DNA of 64,000 nt from Nitrospirota bacterium. GTDB taxonomy: Bacteria; Nitrospirota; UBA9217. Below, in pieces: positions 1 through 10,328 of this stretch. The notes under the pieces are model-generated. The model was not told the DNA's origin, did not search any database, and was given only the letters and a program-made list of their open reading frames with translations. How positions within the stretch are numbered: the first letter of the stretch is position 1; each line of letters opens with the position of its first letter. The stretch is from NCBI GenBank assembly GCA_963754875.1, contig CAVWHO010000017.1, forward strand, positions 128,001 through 192,000, given 5' to 3'. The position numbers and the translations under genes were made by a program.

Positions 1-24
1 ATTACTTTTCCGATTGCAGTCTTT

Positions 25-510
25 TTGATATTGTCTATTGCAGCAACTGTGTTGGCCGCGGAGCGAATGAAGCCGGGGTTGTGGCTCATTACGATTAAGT
101 CTGAAGCGATGACGCAGATGCAGCATATGTCGCCGCAACAAATGGAAATCATGCGTCAACGAGGTATTAATCCAGGCGGTGGTATGGAATCCAGGGTCTG
201 CATAACAAAAGAAATGGCTGAACGCGACCGTCCTCCAGTAGGGAAAAGTAAAAAAGATTGTCACATGGATAGTTTTGAGCGCAGTGGGAATAGCTATACC
301 GTAAAAATGGTGTGTGATGGCCCGACTATTCAAGGTACTATCGTGACTAAAGGCGTGCATTCAGGACTCGAAAATTATAGCTGGATCAGTGATATGAAAG
401 GAACCGCGCGCGGTCATAAGATCAATTCGCACCAAGAAGGCAGCGGCAAGTGGCTAGGTTCAGATTGTGGCGATGTTAAACCAATGACCGATTATGTGAA
501 AGAGAAATAG
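25..510 (+). CDS. DUF3617-like exported protein (true start may lie upstream of the window)
   Basis: Signal-peptide-like start, KPGLW motif, paired Cys, C-terminal GKWLGSDC. Confidence 0.7.
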   Translation: MILSIAATVLAAERMKPGLWLITIKSEAMTQMQHMSPQQMEIMRQRGINPGGGMESRVCITKEMAERDRPPVGKSKKDCHMDSFERSGNSYTVKMVCDGPTIQGTIVTKGVHSGLENYSWISDMKGTARGHKINSHQEGSGKWLGSDCGDVKPMTDYVKEK

Positions 511-548
511 CGACGTACAATACACTATATTGAATATGTCGGTCCGAA

Positions 549-588
549 AACCCGAAGGTCGAAGGTAATAATCCGGCCCCCGCTACCA
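549..588 (+). repeat. Degenerate 3' fragment of tRNA-fMet (att-like scar 1)
   Basis: AACCCGAAGGTCGaAGGTaatAATCCGGCCCCCGCTACCA resembles the initiator tRNA 3' half; no 5' half. Confidence 0.75.
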
Positions 589-597
589 AACTTATCA

Positions 598-633
598 AGG
601 GGTTACAGCTTATACTGTAATCCCTCTTTTTTC
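598..633 (+). terminator. Hairpin plus T-tract after tRNA scar
   Basis: AGGGGTTACAG...CTGTAATCCCT followed by T run; related hairpins at 18771 and 45687. Confidence 0.6.
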
Positions 634-708
634 TTCAGGACAGGGTCAGGACAGTTACAGGACGGATTTATGCGTTCCCCTTAGTATATACGTCAGGAGG
701 TGAATGCT

Positions 709-951
709 ATGTCAACGAAACTTACCCTGCGGCTTGACGAGAATGTAATTCGTAACGAGAAACGCGCAGACCGTGTCGTGGTGTCAGCCTCTCCCAGAAG
801 GTGATCGGTTACTTCCATGCAGTATCCGGAAGAAGAAAAGACTGAGGCGACACCCGTTCTCGCGAGAATTTCTGGTGTGCTCAGTCCAAAGGCCGACGCA
901 AAACAACTTATCGCAGGCTACCGGAAACATAGGGAAGAGAAATACCGATGA
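709..951 (+). pseudogene. Disrupted DUF6364-like antitoxin
   Basis: AGGAGG RBS, MSTKLTLRLDENVI start and YRKHREEKYR* end, with the middle apparently disrupted; overlapping ATG AAA ATA GTT may be the stub of a toxin gene. Confidence 0.5.
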
Positions 952-962
952 AAATAGTTCTA

Positions 963-1298
963 TCACTGACCATTTATTGATTTCCTTCTGACCATGCAAA
1001 CCGAGGTCAATCCTCTATCGTATGCTTCAAAACCAAAACGCCCGTAGTAGTTTACGAGTCTTTTTAGCGTTTCCTCGCTGTTATTGCCAAGGGGCCGGGC
1101 CGATACGAAAATTTCCTTCTGCATGCCATCAGCCATTAACAGAAGGCGATTAATGAGCATGGTGCCTACTCCCTTGTTGCGATGATGTGACGGGACCATA
1201 ACGATATCGAGCGAAAAAGACGTCTTGCTTTCAGAGAACTTTAGTTGGGCAAAGTCCCCATCTCCAAGAAACCATCTTATTTCGCCTGTTATATTCAC
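963..1298 (-). CDS. GNAT-family N-acetyltransferase
   Basis: VPSHHRNKGVGT acetyl-CoA motif; YYGRFGF. Confidence 0.75.
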   Translation of the reverse strand: MNITGEIRWFLGDGDFAQLKFSESKTSFSLDIVMVPSHHRNKGVGTMLINRLLLMADGMQKEIFVSARPLGNNSEETLKRLVNYYGRFGFEAYDRGLTSVCMVRRKSINGQ

Positions 1299-1379
1299 CT
1301 GTGCATCCCCACGGGGGAAGGAGCGAGAGGATACGACGGCTGTCCTAAACTTCCCATTCCCCTCAGCAGTCTGTCGTGC

Positions 1380-2513
1380 CTATCCAAGCTCCTCCATCAT
1401 AGGAGCAACCATCTTTTCCATCTGCATTTTCATAAGCGCCTGATTGCCGTCGCTCGCCATGATGCCAATGATGTGAATATGCGATTTTGAATCGACGCCC
1501 GAGCACCGCATGACGACTATACCCTTCGGCGTGCTGATGACAGTTTCCTTGCATGCATCTAACCCGATCTTTTTTGATGCCTCATGCGCTGACCGGAAGA
1601 TGTCGTTGAACGTCGCCCCGACAAGAGACAGATTGATGTTAGGGTCTTCAGATTCTGCGGCCATCATCTCGCCCGTAAAGTTCATCACACCTGCAGCCTT
1701 AAATCCTTTCACTTCTTTCAAACCTTGAAGATGTTTTTCCAGTGCCATAGTGTCCTCCTTGTTTATAGCGTTTTTTAGAGTTCTTTCTTCCTGTGTATCT
1801 CCGTTTTCCTGCTTTACCAATCCGTCAGCCTCGGTCTGCCTCCTTTTTCGTTCATCCTGCAATCTCATGCTTTCCATGAGGATTTCGTTCATGGATTCCT
1901 GAATGTTTTTCGTCTTCCGCTTGCAGCGGGGAGTAATTTCAATTTCCGTCTGCTTCCAGTCGAGCATCTGGTAGGCGGCATCAAGCCCGATTTTTTTCCC
2001 CACCTCAGCATCCAGCAACTCACCTTTCTGAAAATACCAGTAACCGAACTCTTCGTTGGAGTTGACCGTAAGGGTGCAGGTTCTTTTTTCCATCTCGATA
2101 AGTTGCAGGAAGGTGGGAAGGGTGATTCCCTGGAGATGTCCTGCAGAACCAAAATTCAGTTCGTTGAGAATTACGGCGGCGAGTTTTTTATAGTCGACTG
2201 GCTTCTCGATGTAATGAGATACTCCGTAGCCGTCTATTCTATTCTCGATGTCAGGAGTTCCATAGGCGGTCATCACAATCATCGGAATATGCGGATAGTG
2301 CTTGCTCATATGGACAAGCAGCTCGAAACCGTCCAGTACGGGCATTTTGAGGTCGGTTACGACAAGATCAATCGGCACAGAAGAAAGCTGGGCAATAGCC
2401 TTCGCCCCGTTCTGGGCTGGAATGACGTTAAAGTCCTTCGCATAAGCGCTCAAGCCTTCTTGGAGACTGAGTAAAAAAAGTTTCTCATCATCAACGATCA
2501 GAACATTTTTCAT
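1380..2513 (-). CDS. Response regulator receiver + DUF4388 + Roadblock/LC7-like C-terminal domain
   Basis: VLIVDDE/TDLKMP/KP receiver; LQLIEMEKRTCTL..G..YF..G.L.DA DUF4388 pattern; roadblock-like tail. Confidence 0.8.
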   Translation of the reverse strand: MKNVLIVDDEKLFLLSLQEGLSAYAKDFNVIPAQNGAKAIAQLSSVPIDLVVTDLKMPVLDGFELLVHMSKHYPHIPMIVMTAYGTPDIENRIDGYGVSHYIEKPVDYKKLAAVILNELNFGSAGHLQGITLPTFLQLIEMEKRTCTLTVNSNEEFGYWYFQKGELLDAEVGKKIGLDAAYQMLDWKQTEIEITPRCKRKTKNIQESMNEILMESMRLQDERKRRQTEADGLVKQENGDTQEERTLKNAINKEDTMALEKHLQGLKEVKGFKAAGVMNFTGEMMAAESEDPNINLSLVGATFNDIFRSAHEASKKIGLDACKETVISTPKGIVVMRCSGVDSKSHIHIIGIMASDGNQALMKMQMEKMVAPMMEELG

Positions 2514-2539
2514 AGTACCGTCCTTTGTTTTCTACTAAA

Positions 2540-2555
2540 GCAAACGACATGCCAA
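2540..2555 (-). promoter_or_regulatory. sigma54 -24/-12 promoter
   Basis: Minus strand TTGGCATGTCGTTTGC, about 27 nt upstream of the 2513 start and next to an NtrC-type activator gene. Confidence 0.75.
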
Positions 2556-2661
2556 GTAGAACGGTGCATAGATGTTCCATAAAATCAATTAGTTCCTGCA
2601 AAATGTCTGTGATTATCCCGGCGAAAGGTCCAAGATGAACCTCACAGTCTGAGCCCAGGGG

Positions 2662-4011
2662 TTAAGATGAGCTCTTTCTCGATATTGAATATTCCTTAAT
2701 TCTTCGTTTAAGGGTGGAAAGGGAAATGCCTAGGCGTCGTGCCGTTTCACGATAGTTGCCTTTGCCCTCGTTCAAGACACGATCAATATATGCCTTTTCC
2801 ACTTCTCCCAGCGGTACAAATATGTCGGACGCGGGAGGGTCCTTTAATTGCGACCCGGTGGGACGATCTTTTTTACCGAGAAGCGTAGCGGGGGATAGGT
2901 AAGGACCGTCCCTCAGAAGAACCGCCCGTTCGAGAATGTTCTTGAGTTCCCTGATATTTCCCGGCCAGGGGTAGTCCATAAGTTTCTGCATTTCTCCGTC
3001 TGGGATTTGAAGCGTGGCCGGTATGATTTTTTTCAACAAATTGAGGCAAAGACCGGGAATGTCCTCGCGTCTTTCGCGCAACGGCGGAAGATGGAGGTGG
3101 ATGACGCTTAGTCTGTAGTAGAGATCGGAGCGAAATGTCTTCATCCGGATGGCCACCTCGATATCCTGGTTAGTAATGGCAATTATCCTGACATTTACAG
3201 GCCTCAAAACGTCATCGCCAATTTTTTTTATATGTTTGCTGTCCAGGACTCCGAGGAGCTTCGCCTGGAGGTTGGGCGGCATTTCGGCGATTTCATCAAG
3301 CACCAGGGTCCCTCCCTCCGCCATTTCAAAAATTCCTTTTCGCGATGTTGAAGCGCCCGTGAAAGCCCCTTTTTCATAGCCGAAGAGTTCCGACTCGATA
3401 AGATTCTCCGGAAGAGCAGCGCAGTTGATCGCGATACAGGGGGCCTCACGTAACTGGCTGCAGTCATGGATGTACTGAGCGAGCACGTTCTTACCCGTCC
3501 CCGTCTCTCCCGTAATCAGAATTGGGGCATCAGACTGGGCTGCAAGGTCAATAAGCTTCGCCAGGGGGGCAAGACCCGCTTCACCGATAAAAGGGCCGGA
3601 ACGTTCCCGGCCGTTCTGATATAAATGGATCTGCTCAATCCTCTCTAGATCGATGGTTCTTAATGCCTTTTTCACAACAATATCCAGTTCTTCGAGCTCA
3701 AAGGGTTTGGACAGGTAGTCGAATGCTCCTGATTTCATCGCGTTCACCGCGTGCTTAAAATTCGGGAATGCCGTGATGAATATTATTTTAGTTTTATCAT
3801 GGTACTTCATGATTGATTGGCAAAAAGTGTGCCCCTCTCCATCGGGAAGTTTCTGGTCGAGGAGAACGACGTCAATGGTCTTCTGAGCGCAGTGAGCGAG
3901 TCCATCATACCCGCAGGAAACCGTGAGCACGTTCATGACACGGTCGAAATGGTCCTTGAGGGCGTCGCACAACAGGGCATCGTCATCTATTATCAGGAGC
4001 GTCTTTCGCAC
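2662..4011 (-). CDS. sigma54-dependent NtrC/AtoC-type response regulator
   Basis: Receiver, GETGTGK, ESELFGYEKGAFTGA, WPGNIREL, Fis-type HTH. Confidence 0.95.
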   Translation of the reverse strand: MRKTLLIIDDDALLCDALKDHFDRVMNVLTVSCGYDGLAHCAQKTIDVVLLDQKLPDGEGHTFCQSIMKYHDKTKIIFITAFPNFKHAVNAMKSGAFDYLSKPFELEELDIVVKKALRTIDLERIEQIHLYQNGRERSGPFIGEAGLAPLAKLIDLAAQSDAPILITGETGTGKNVLAQYIHDCSQLREAPCIAINCAALPENLIESELFGYEKGAFTGASTSRKGIFEMAEGGTLVLDEIAEMPPNLQAKLLGVLDSKHIKKIGDDVLRPVNVRIIAITNQDIEVAIRMKTFRSDLYYRLSVIHLHLPPLRERREDIPGLCLNLLKKIIPATLQIPDGEMQKLMDYPWPGNIRELKNILERAVLLRDGPYLSPATLLGKKDRPTGSQLKDPPASDIFVPLGEVEKAYIDRVLNEGKGNYRETARRLGISLSTLKRRIKEYSISRKSSS

Positions 4012-4018
4012 ATGGACC

Positions 4019-5455
4019 TCACTTGGGTATTAGAGGCACGGATACGTCTACGATGGTTCCGGCACCCTTCTGACTGGTAATCTCTATTGAACAGCTCATC
4101 TGGGTGAGCATCTTGCGGACGATTATCAATCCCAGGCCGGTTCCCTTGTCCTTCGCGGTGTAGAACGGTCTGAACATGTTCTGCTGCTCCTCCTCGCTCA
4201 TACCACATCCGTTATCTATGATTCTGATCACAACAAATTGCAGAGTCTGGAAAACGTGAATAACGATCTTCGGCTCATCCATTCCTTCCAGCGCGTCCGC
4301 GGAGTTTGTCAGAATGTTCAGAAGAATCTGTTTGAGCGCCCGCGGGTCAGCGAGCATTGTCTTGGTCTCGGGATGAAAAATGACTCGGATCGAGATGCCC
4401 TGGCTCCTGAAATCTTCCTGCACCAGCTCCAAGAACTTGTACATGAATGGTCCGGCGTCAATCGCTTGAAGCACCGGATGCTCATACATGTTAAAGTTTT
4501 TGAGACTACTTAGCAGCTCTTCCAATCGAAGTATTTCAGCCAGTGATCGTTCTATATACCGCCGGATGCTCTGCTGTGGAAAGGTCTCAACATTATCGAG
4601 CAAAACGCTCAACGCGACCTTGATTGAGTTGACTGGATTCCCGATCTCATGACGGATGCCGGAAAAGACATACCCGATGTTATTCATATTATTCACCGCT
4701 GCTGCGATAGACTCCAGCCTGACTTTTTCAGTAACATCTCTCATCACAGCTACAAAGTTTATGACTTCGCCCTGGTTGTTTTTTACCGGTTTAATTGTGA
4801 TCTCTTCTTCATAGCGGGAGCCATCCTTTTTTGAGCTCACCAGATGTTTTTCCCATGGTTCGCCTGCCTCAACGGCTTCCCACATTTCGTCACAAAATAT
4901 TTTGGAGTTCATACCTCCCTTGAAAGTACAGAAATTTTTTCCCAGAACCTCTTCTTTCGCATACCCCGTGATGATTTCGAATGCCGGGTTGACATACTGA
5001 AGAGCCCCCTCCGCATCCAATATCACAATGGATTCGGCCGCTGACTGAACTACCGCAGCCAGAAGCGAGTTCTTCTCCTGGATTATTTTCCGGTCGGTGA
5101 TATCTTGAAGCATGATCCAGCAATATCCCCTGCTGATTGGGTAAATCGTATACCCGATGAACCGCTCTCCTATGCGCATCGACTGGGGGACGTGGGGCGG
5201 GCAAGTTTTTTTATCATCCCCGTTCCCCCGCAGGAACACGGACGACAGTGATTCATAATCACGTGCTTGTACGACACCATCGAGAATACTCGTTGCGGTT
5301 TTGTTGATGAAGATGACCGACTGACTATCTCTATCAAGCACGACGATCCCAACTTGAATATTTTCCATGATGCCAGAGTATACGCATGCATTGTCTTGGG
5401 CATTTTTGTCGCCAGGGCAAACTCTTTCCATGTTCTGAAGATTGCGAAAAGACAT
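4019..5455 (-). CDS. PAS-domain sensor histidine kinase
   Basis: PAS domains, RHEIGNP H-box, N/G boxes (DNGCGM, GTGLGL); start chosen at ATG after GGGGGA. Confidence 0.92.
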   Translation of the reverse strand: MSFRNLQNMERVCPGDKNAQDNACVYSGIMENIQVGIVVLDRDSQSVIFINKTATSILDGVVQARDYESLSSVFLRGNGDDKKTCPPHVPQSMRIGERFIGYTIYPISRGYCWIMLQDITDRKIIQEKNSLLAAVVQSAAESIVILDAEGALQYVNPAFEIITGYAKEEVLGKNFCTFKGGMNSKIFCDEMWEAVEAGEPWEKHLVSSKKDGSRYEEEITIKPVKNNQGEVINFVAVMRDVTEKVRLESIAAAVNNMNNIGYVFSGIRHEIGNPVNSIKVALSVLLDNVETFPQQSIRRYIERSLAEILRLEELLSSLKNFNMYEHPVLQAIDAGPFMYKFLELVQEDFRSQGISIRVIFHPETKTMLADPRALKQILLNILTNSADALEGMDEPKIVIHVFQTLQFVVIRIIDNGCGMSEEEQQNMFRPFYTAKDKGTGLGLIIVRKMLTQMSCSIEITSQKGAGTIVDVSVPLIPK

Positions 5456-5827
5456 GACAGATCCCCCAAATTCACTGTTGTCGCATTTACGTATCAAGGA
5501 CAGAGTCGTCTTACAATAATAGACCAAGTACTAATAGGAGTATCATTACTAATGATATTCATCGTGCGTTGGCGCAGGACTGAGCATCATCATCTGCTAA
5601 CAATGAGGACCATAACTTTCCTGGCCTTGAGGTACTTTTCCTTGAGAGTGCTATCCCAAAGAGACAGTGTATTCACCATAACGAACATGCACAGTCCCGA
5701 GATCGGGTATAACGATGATGAGTAGTTTGCGGGCTAACTTGAGCGTTGAGGCAATTTCCAAGCGCTTTTTTCCGTAAAAAAAAGCGTTAGTTTAGTAGAT
5801 TACACTATCTGCAACAACTATATATAT

Positions 5828-5854
5828 TTATCGGCATAGCAGTTAAAAACTTAA
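5828..5854 (-). promoter_or_regulatory. sigma28 (FliA)-type promoter
   Basis: Minus strand TTAAGTTT-N11-GCCGATAA pointing at the kinase operon. Confidence 0.7.
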
Positions 5855-6320
5855 GCAGGGAATTCAAACCGCTAGTGATTCGTTCATTGGCGCTGGATCA
5901 TTCTGTGGACGATTGTATTGATTATGCCTATTTCATGGAAGATCAACTTTTTTAGCTAAAAATCAGACTGATAATTTTAGGGTAGCGCTTTTTCTTTAGT
6001 TTATTGAGAGGAACGCTGACGTATGAATTTGGGTATCATACCAACGATAGGAAATGTTTTTCTGCTCGAGAGCACTCAAATATGGCGTTTCAATGCTGCA
6101 AATTGTTAAGCAGAGCGGGATTATTTAATAAAAACTAAAAATAATAGTTTACAACGAAACAAATAGTCCTATAATGATTCTACTGATATCTGACCCGAAT
6201 GAATTGATCGACTTTTTAAAGTCGAGTAGAGAGAAAAGCATCATCCTATCATCGAATTTCTCTCAAGATTTATTCTTTCCCTGGTATTGCGAATGGAATG
6301 CTATGAGGAGGATAAAGATA

Positions 6321-6719
6321 GTGAAAGTTAGAAAGTCAATTCTGATTGTAGATGATGAAGAACTCTTTGGCACTATCCTTAGGGACGCTTTGGAGCAGGA
6401 AGGTTATTTTGTATCATTCTGCAATAATCCGTCTGACGCAATACTCCTCTCTCAAAAAAACAATTTTGATATAATTGTGACAGATTATAACATGCTGGAA
6501 ATGAATGGGGCTGATTTCACAAGACTAAGACGTTTCCGTTTCGAAAATTCCTTTATTATTGGTTTAAGTTGTGAATCAACGGAAAGCGCATTTCTTGCAG
6601 CTGGCGCTGATGCATTCTTTGAAAAGCCTATTAACTATCGAGAACTGATTTCAATGATTAACGCGAATTCAATCTCGAAGTGTAGTGTTGAGGCTCCGAC
6701 CTCCAGTGGCGTTTTATAA
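6321..6719 (+). CDS. Single-domain response regulator (CheY-like)
   Basis: ILIVDDE, TDYNM, EKP; GAGGAGG RBS before GTG; paralog of 52633..53028. Confidence 0.85.
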   Translation: MKVRKSILIVDDEELFGTILRDALEQEGYFVSFCNNPSDAILLSQKNNFDIIVTDYNMLEMNGADFTRLRRFRFENSFIIGLSCESTESAFLAAGADAFFEKPINYRELISMINANSISKCSVEAPTSSGVL

Positions 6720-7368
6720 CCGAGGCACTTTCTCGGTCTGCTGTTAAGCAAGTATTCGACCCGGGCTACACCTCTTAGATCCTTCCGAAGCGCAAACTTG
6801 AATATTTCAAATTCCGATTCTATGGACCATATGACTGTCCTGATACAGTCCCGCTAAACAAAAAGAGAATTTTAAAGGCTCTTAGACCGTGATTTACTTG
6901 GTCACGGAAGAGGAGCATTTCACCCTTTGAGGTTGCGCACCCGAATGGTCGTTTGGATACGTTATTTGTATCTTCGACAGCAGAGAACGAATCTTCCCTT
7001 CAGTGATCCTTCATACGTAGACTATTTTAGGTACAATGGTGTCGTTAATTTCAACTAGAATAGTGGAGCCTTGCAGAATCGAGCGGGAGTGTGGAGTCTC
7101 GGTTGAAACCTGCGCATACAGCTCCTTCCTATAATCCTCATCAGTTGCATCTCGTGTACATTGCAAGATTCATATTGTAAATCTCACAACCAAGGTGTGA
7201 CTGTAATCACATATTTAGCGATAATAAACTAGCATAATTGACCTCGCCTGCTACAAGATTTCTACTCTGTATTTGGATTAGGAGTTTGGTTGAGGAGGGG
7301 CTGTTCCTCTTTAGGGAATGCCTTTATTGGATTTACTACAATTGAAAACGCAAAAGGAGGATGTAAGT

Positions 7369-9453
7369 ATGGAAAGAAAATTTATCATGTGCTCGATCCG
7401 ATTTAGTTTAATCACTTTTCTTTTGTTAGTTACTGTTCTAGTTTGTATTCTCGGAGAGCCGCAGAATGCATGGGCGAGATCCGGGGGGATAACCGGCTAC
7501 TCGGGCAAGACGGGTTCAATATGCAATAGCTGCCATTCGGGCGGGACGACCCCGACGGTGGCCCTCACCGGCCCGACCAGCCTTGCCACAGGCGCTTCCG
7601 GGGTTTACACGTTCACGATCACCGGCGGTGCGGCCGTTGTCGGCGGGCTCGATGTTGCGACGAGCGCCGGCAAACTCCAGGCAACCGGTTCCAACACCAA
7701 GCTCTCAGGCATCGAAATAACGCAAACAGCCGCCACCTCATTCACCGCAGGATCACTTGCCTTCACGTTCACCCTGGTCGCGCCGTCAACAGCAGGAACG
7801 GTCACTCTCTATGGTGCCGGTCTTTCAGCTAACAACAACGGCTCGACGAGCGGCGACAAGGCAACCGGAACAACGCTTGCCGTCAGCGTGACCAGCGCTT
7901 CAGCGCCGAACATCGTCGTAACCGATTCGGTCGCGCCTGCGACTGACCACCAGATCCCGTTCGGCACGGTAACCGACGGCCTCACTTCCAACCAGACCGT
8001 GACTGTCACCAACACCGGAAATGCGAATCTTGTCATCGGCACGATAGCAAGCGCAAATCCGCTCGCAGCTCCCTTCAGCATTACGGCTGATGCTTGTTCG
8101 GGCCAAACTATCGCTCCCGCAGGTGCCTGCGCGATGACGGTCCGCTTTGCCCCGACAGCAGCAGGCCCATCCAGTGATTCCTTCGACATCCCGAGCAATG
8201 ACTCCACTACGGGAACAGTCACCGTAAGCGTATCCGGCACTGGAACGGCAACACCTGTGCCCGTCATTTCCGTAACCGATTCCGTTGCACCCACAACTGA
8301 CCACCAGATCCCGTTCGGCACGGTAACCGACGGCCTCACTTCCGACCAGACCGTGACTGTCACCAACACCGGAAATGCGAACCTTATCATCGGCACGATA
8401 GCAAGCGCAAATCCGCTTGCAGCTCCGTTCAGCATCACGGCTGATGCTTGTTCGGGCCAAACCATTGCTCCCACAGGTGTCTGCAAGATGACGGTCCGTT
8501 TTGCCCCGACAGCAGCAGGCACATCCAGTGATTCCTTCGACATCCCGAGCAATGACTCCACTACGGGAACAGTCACCGTAAGCGTATCCGGCACTGGAAC
8601 GGCAACACCTGTGCCCGTCATTTCCGTAACCGATTCCGTTGCACCCACAACTGACCACCAGATCCCGTTCGGCACGGTAACCGACGGCCTCACTTCCGAC
8701 CAGACCGTGACTGTCACCAACACCGGAAATGCGAACCTTATCATCGGCACGATAGCAAGCGCAAATCCGCTTGCAGCTCCGTTCAGCATCACGGCTGATG
8801 CTTGTTCGGGCCAAATCATTGCTCCCGCAGGTGCCTGCAAGATGACGGTCCGTTTTGCCCCGACAGCAACAGGCTTATCCAGTGATTCCTTCGACATCCC
8901 GAGCAATGACAGCGTCGCTCCGTCGGTCACGATGAACGTGAGCGGAACGGGTCTTTCGTCGGCAACAAATAATCCGCCGAGCGCGCCGACCCTGGTCTCC
9001 CCCACGGACGGTCAGACTGGCGTCGGCACAACAGTCACACTTCAGTGGAACAAATCCACGGATCCGGACAATGATCAGCTCACGTACCACGTCTACGACT
9101 GCACGGACAGTACCTTTACGTCCTGTACACCCGTGGATGTCGCTTCCCGGGGCATGGCCGGGATCTACTTCGCGGGGTCCGGTCTCCTGTTCTTCGGATT
9201 CGTATTTACCCGCGGCAACCGCGGCAGAACGCTCATGCTTACGCTGATGATTGCAGCGCTCTTGATGACCGGCGCACTCTTTATTTCCTGCGGCAAGAGC
9301 AGCGGATCGGATGCACCGGCAACCACCACTGCGGATATGGCCCATCAGGTTTCCGGCCTGAGCAGCACAACGACGTATTACTGGAAGGTTGTCGCCGACG
9401 ACGGCAAGGGCGGCCTGACGTCGAGCGCGACATGGAGCTTCACGACGCAGTAG
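7369..9453 (+). CDS. Secreted/surface protein: CxxCH-containing Reeler-like N-domain, three Ig-like (ASH/choice-of-anchor D type) repeats, FN3-like C-terminus with inserted hydrophobic hairpin
   Basis: AAGGAGG RBS, signal peptide, CNSCH, 118-aa repeats with VTNTGNANL and CxMTVRFAP, YYWKVVADDG. Confidence 0.8.
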   Translation: MERKFIMCSIRFSLITFLLLVTVLVCILGEPQNAWARSGGITGYSGKTGSICNSCHSGGTTPTVALTGPTSLATGASGVYTFTITGGAAVVGGLDVATSAGKLQATGSNTKLSGIEITQTAATSFTAGSLAFTFTLVAPSTAGTVTLYGAGLSANNNGSTSGDKATGTTLAVSVTSASAPNIVVTDSVAPATDHQIPFGTVTDGLTSNQTVTVTNTGNANLVIGTIASANPLAAPFSITADACSGQTIAPAGACAMTVRFAPTAAGPSSDSFDIPSNDSTTGTVTVSVSGTGTATPVPVISVTDSVAPTTDHQIPFGTVTDGLTSDQTVTVTNTGNANLIIGTIASANPLAAPFSITADACSGQTIAPTGVCKMTVRFAPTAAGTSSDSFDIPSNDSTTGTVTVSVSGTGTATPVPVISVTDSVAPTTDHQIPFGTVTDGLTSDQTVTVTNTGNANLIIGTIASANPLAAPFSITADACSGQIIAPAGACKMTVRFAPTATGLSSDSFDIPSNDSVAPSVTMNVSGTGLSSATNNPPSAPTLVSPTDGQTGVGTTVTLQWNKSTDPDNDQLTYHVYDCTDSTFTSCTPVDVASRGMAGIYFAGSGLLFFGFVFTRGNRGRTLMLTLMIAALLMTGALFISCGKSSGSDAPATTTADMAHQVSGLSSTTTYYWKVVADDGKGGLTSSATWSFTTQ
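7918..8952 (+). repeat. Three near-identical 354-bp tandem coding repeats
   Basis: Units start at 7918, 8272 and 8626 (GTAACCGATTC). Confidence 0.95.
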
Positions 9454-9656
9454 GAACTGATTTCGAGTAATTTGGGCAAAAGCTATACGGTCCGGGCGCT
9501 GTGATACGCGCCTGGACCACCTTTGTGAGTCATATCCTAGAAGATGCTTCAGCGGACTACAAAGTTAAGATATATTCCGAATTCCGCGTTTTTATCAACT
9601 GCACGTAAATAAAGCCCAAAACGCGACTTTACGCTTTTTTTAGCATATACCCTGAA

Positions 9657-9676
9657 AATACCCCGCATGGGGTATT
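9657..9676. promoter_or_regulatory. Inverted repeat resembling a NarL/LuxR 7-2-7 operator
   Basis: AATACCCCG-CA-TGGGGTATT upstream of the receiver and dsrC-like genes. Confidence 0.4.
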
Positions 9677-9762
9677 GCATAGCCCCATTTTCAAATGTAA
9701 TATGACTAAAAATAATAGTAATTACTAAATAAATTAGTAATATTTGCATCCGGAGGTATAAA

Positions 9763-10173
9763 ATGCTTGAAAATAAATTAGATGTGCAGACAATGCAACA
9801 GGAAAAATGGATGTATTGGACTCCGAAGTCGTTCATTGTCAGTTGCGACGAGGATTTGAAGGAGATGCTCAAGTATGCCTTCGCCCCTTACGGTATACAG
9901 ACTTGTTTCTGCCAAGGCCGTGCAGAAGTCTTGACATTTTCGGAAATCGATCCATTCGATTGCATCATCATAGACTGCGATACACTGGGCATGGATGGTA
10001 TTAAGTTTATCAGACGACTTCGTGAGCAATTCTTATTCGCTATTATTATTGGCCTGGGCAAGGAAGACAAGGGAGCAGCATACCTTCGGGCAGGGGCGAA
10101 CGATTTTCTTCAAAAACCTTTTGTCCCCTACAGGCTCGCAATGATGCTGGACAGCCGAGATATCGATATCTGA
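9763..10173 (+). CDS. Atypical single-domain response regulator
   Basis: IIIDCD..GMDGI, AGANDFLQKPF; acidic pocket degenerate. Confidence 0.75.
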   Translation: MLENKLDVQTMQQEKWMYWTPKSFIVSCDEDLKEMLKYAFAPYGIQTCFCQGRAEVLTFSEIDPFDCIIIDCDTLGMDGIKFIRRLREQFLFAIIIGLGKEDKGAAYLRAGANDFLQKPFVPYRLAMMLDSRDIDI

Positions 10174-10328
10174 CGCTTCATGACTCGTGAACATTGTATC
10201 ACCAACGTGTGGGGATTGGTTTGAGAGAAAAAAAGACTCGAAGTTGGTGGAATAGGCCTGCCCGTCAATTGTAGAGGTAACATTTCTAAGAATGGATATT
10301 CTGAGAACTTTTAAAGGAGAAAGGAACA

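Noticed and set aside
636..663. CRISPR-like repeats (CAGGAC; also the GACATCGGTTACCC copies near 31-32 kb)
   Set aside because: Too short, no spacers, no cas genes; better explained as recombinase or transposase binding sites
7809..9005. Long antisense ORFs (398 aa and 304 aa)
   Set aside because: Shadows of the repetitive plus-strand surface protein gene
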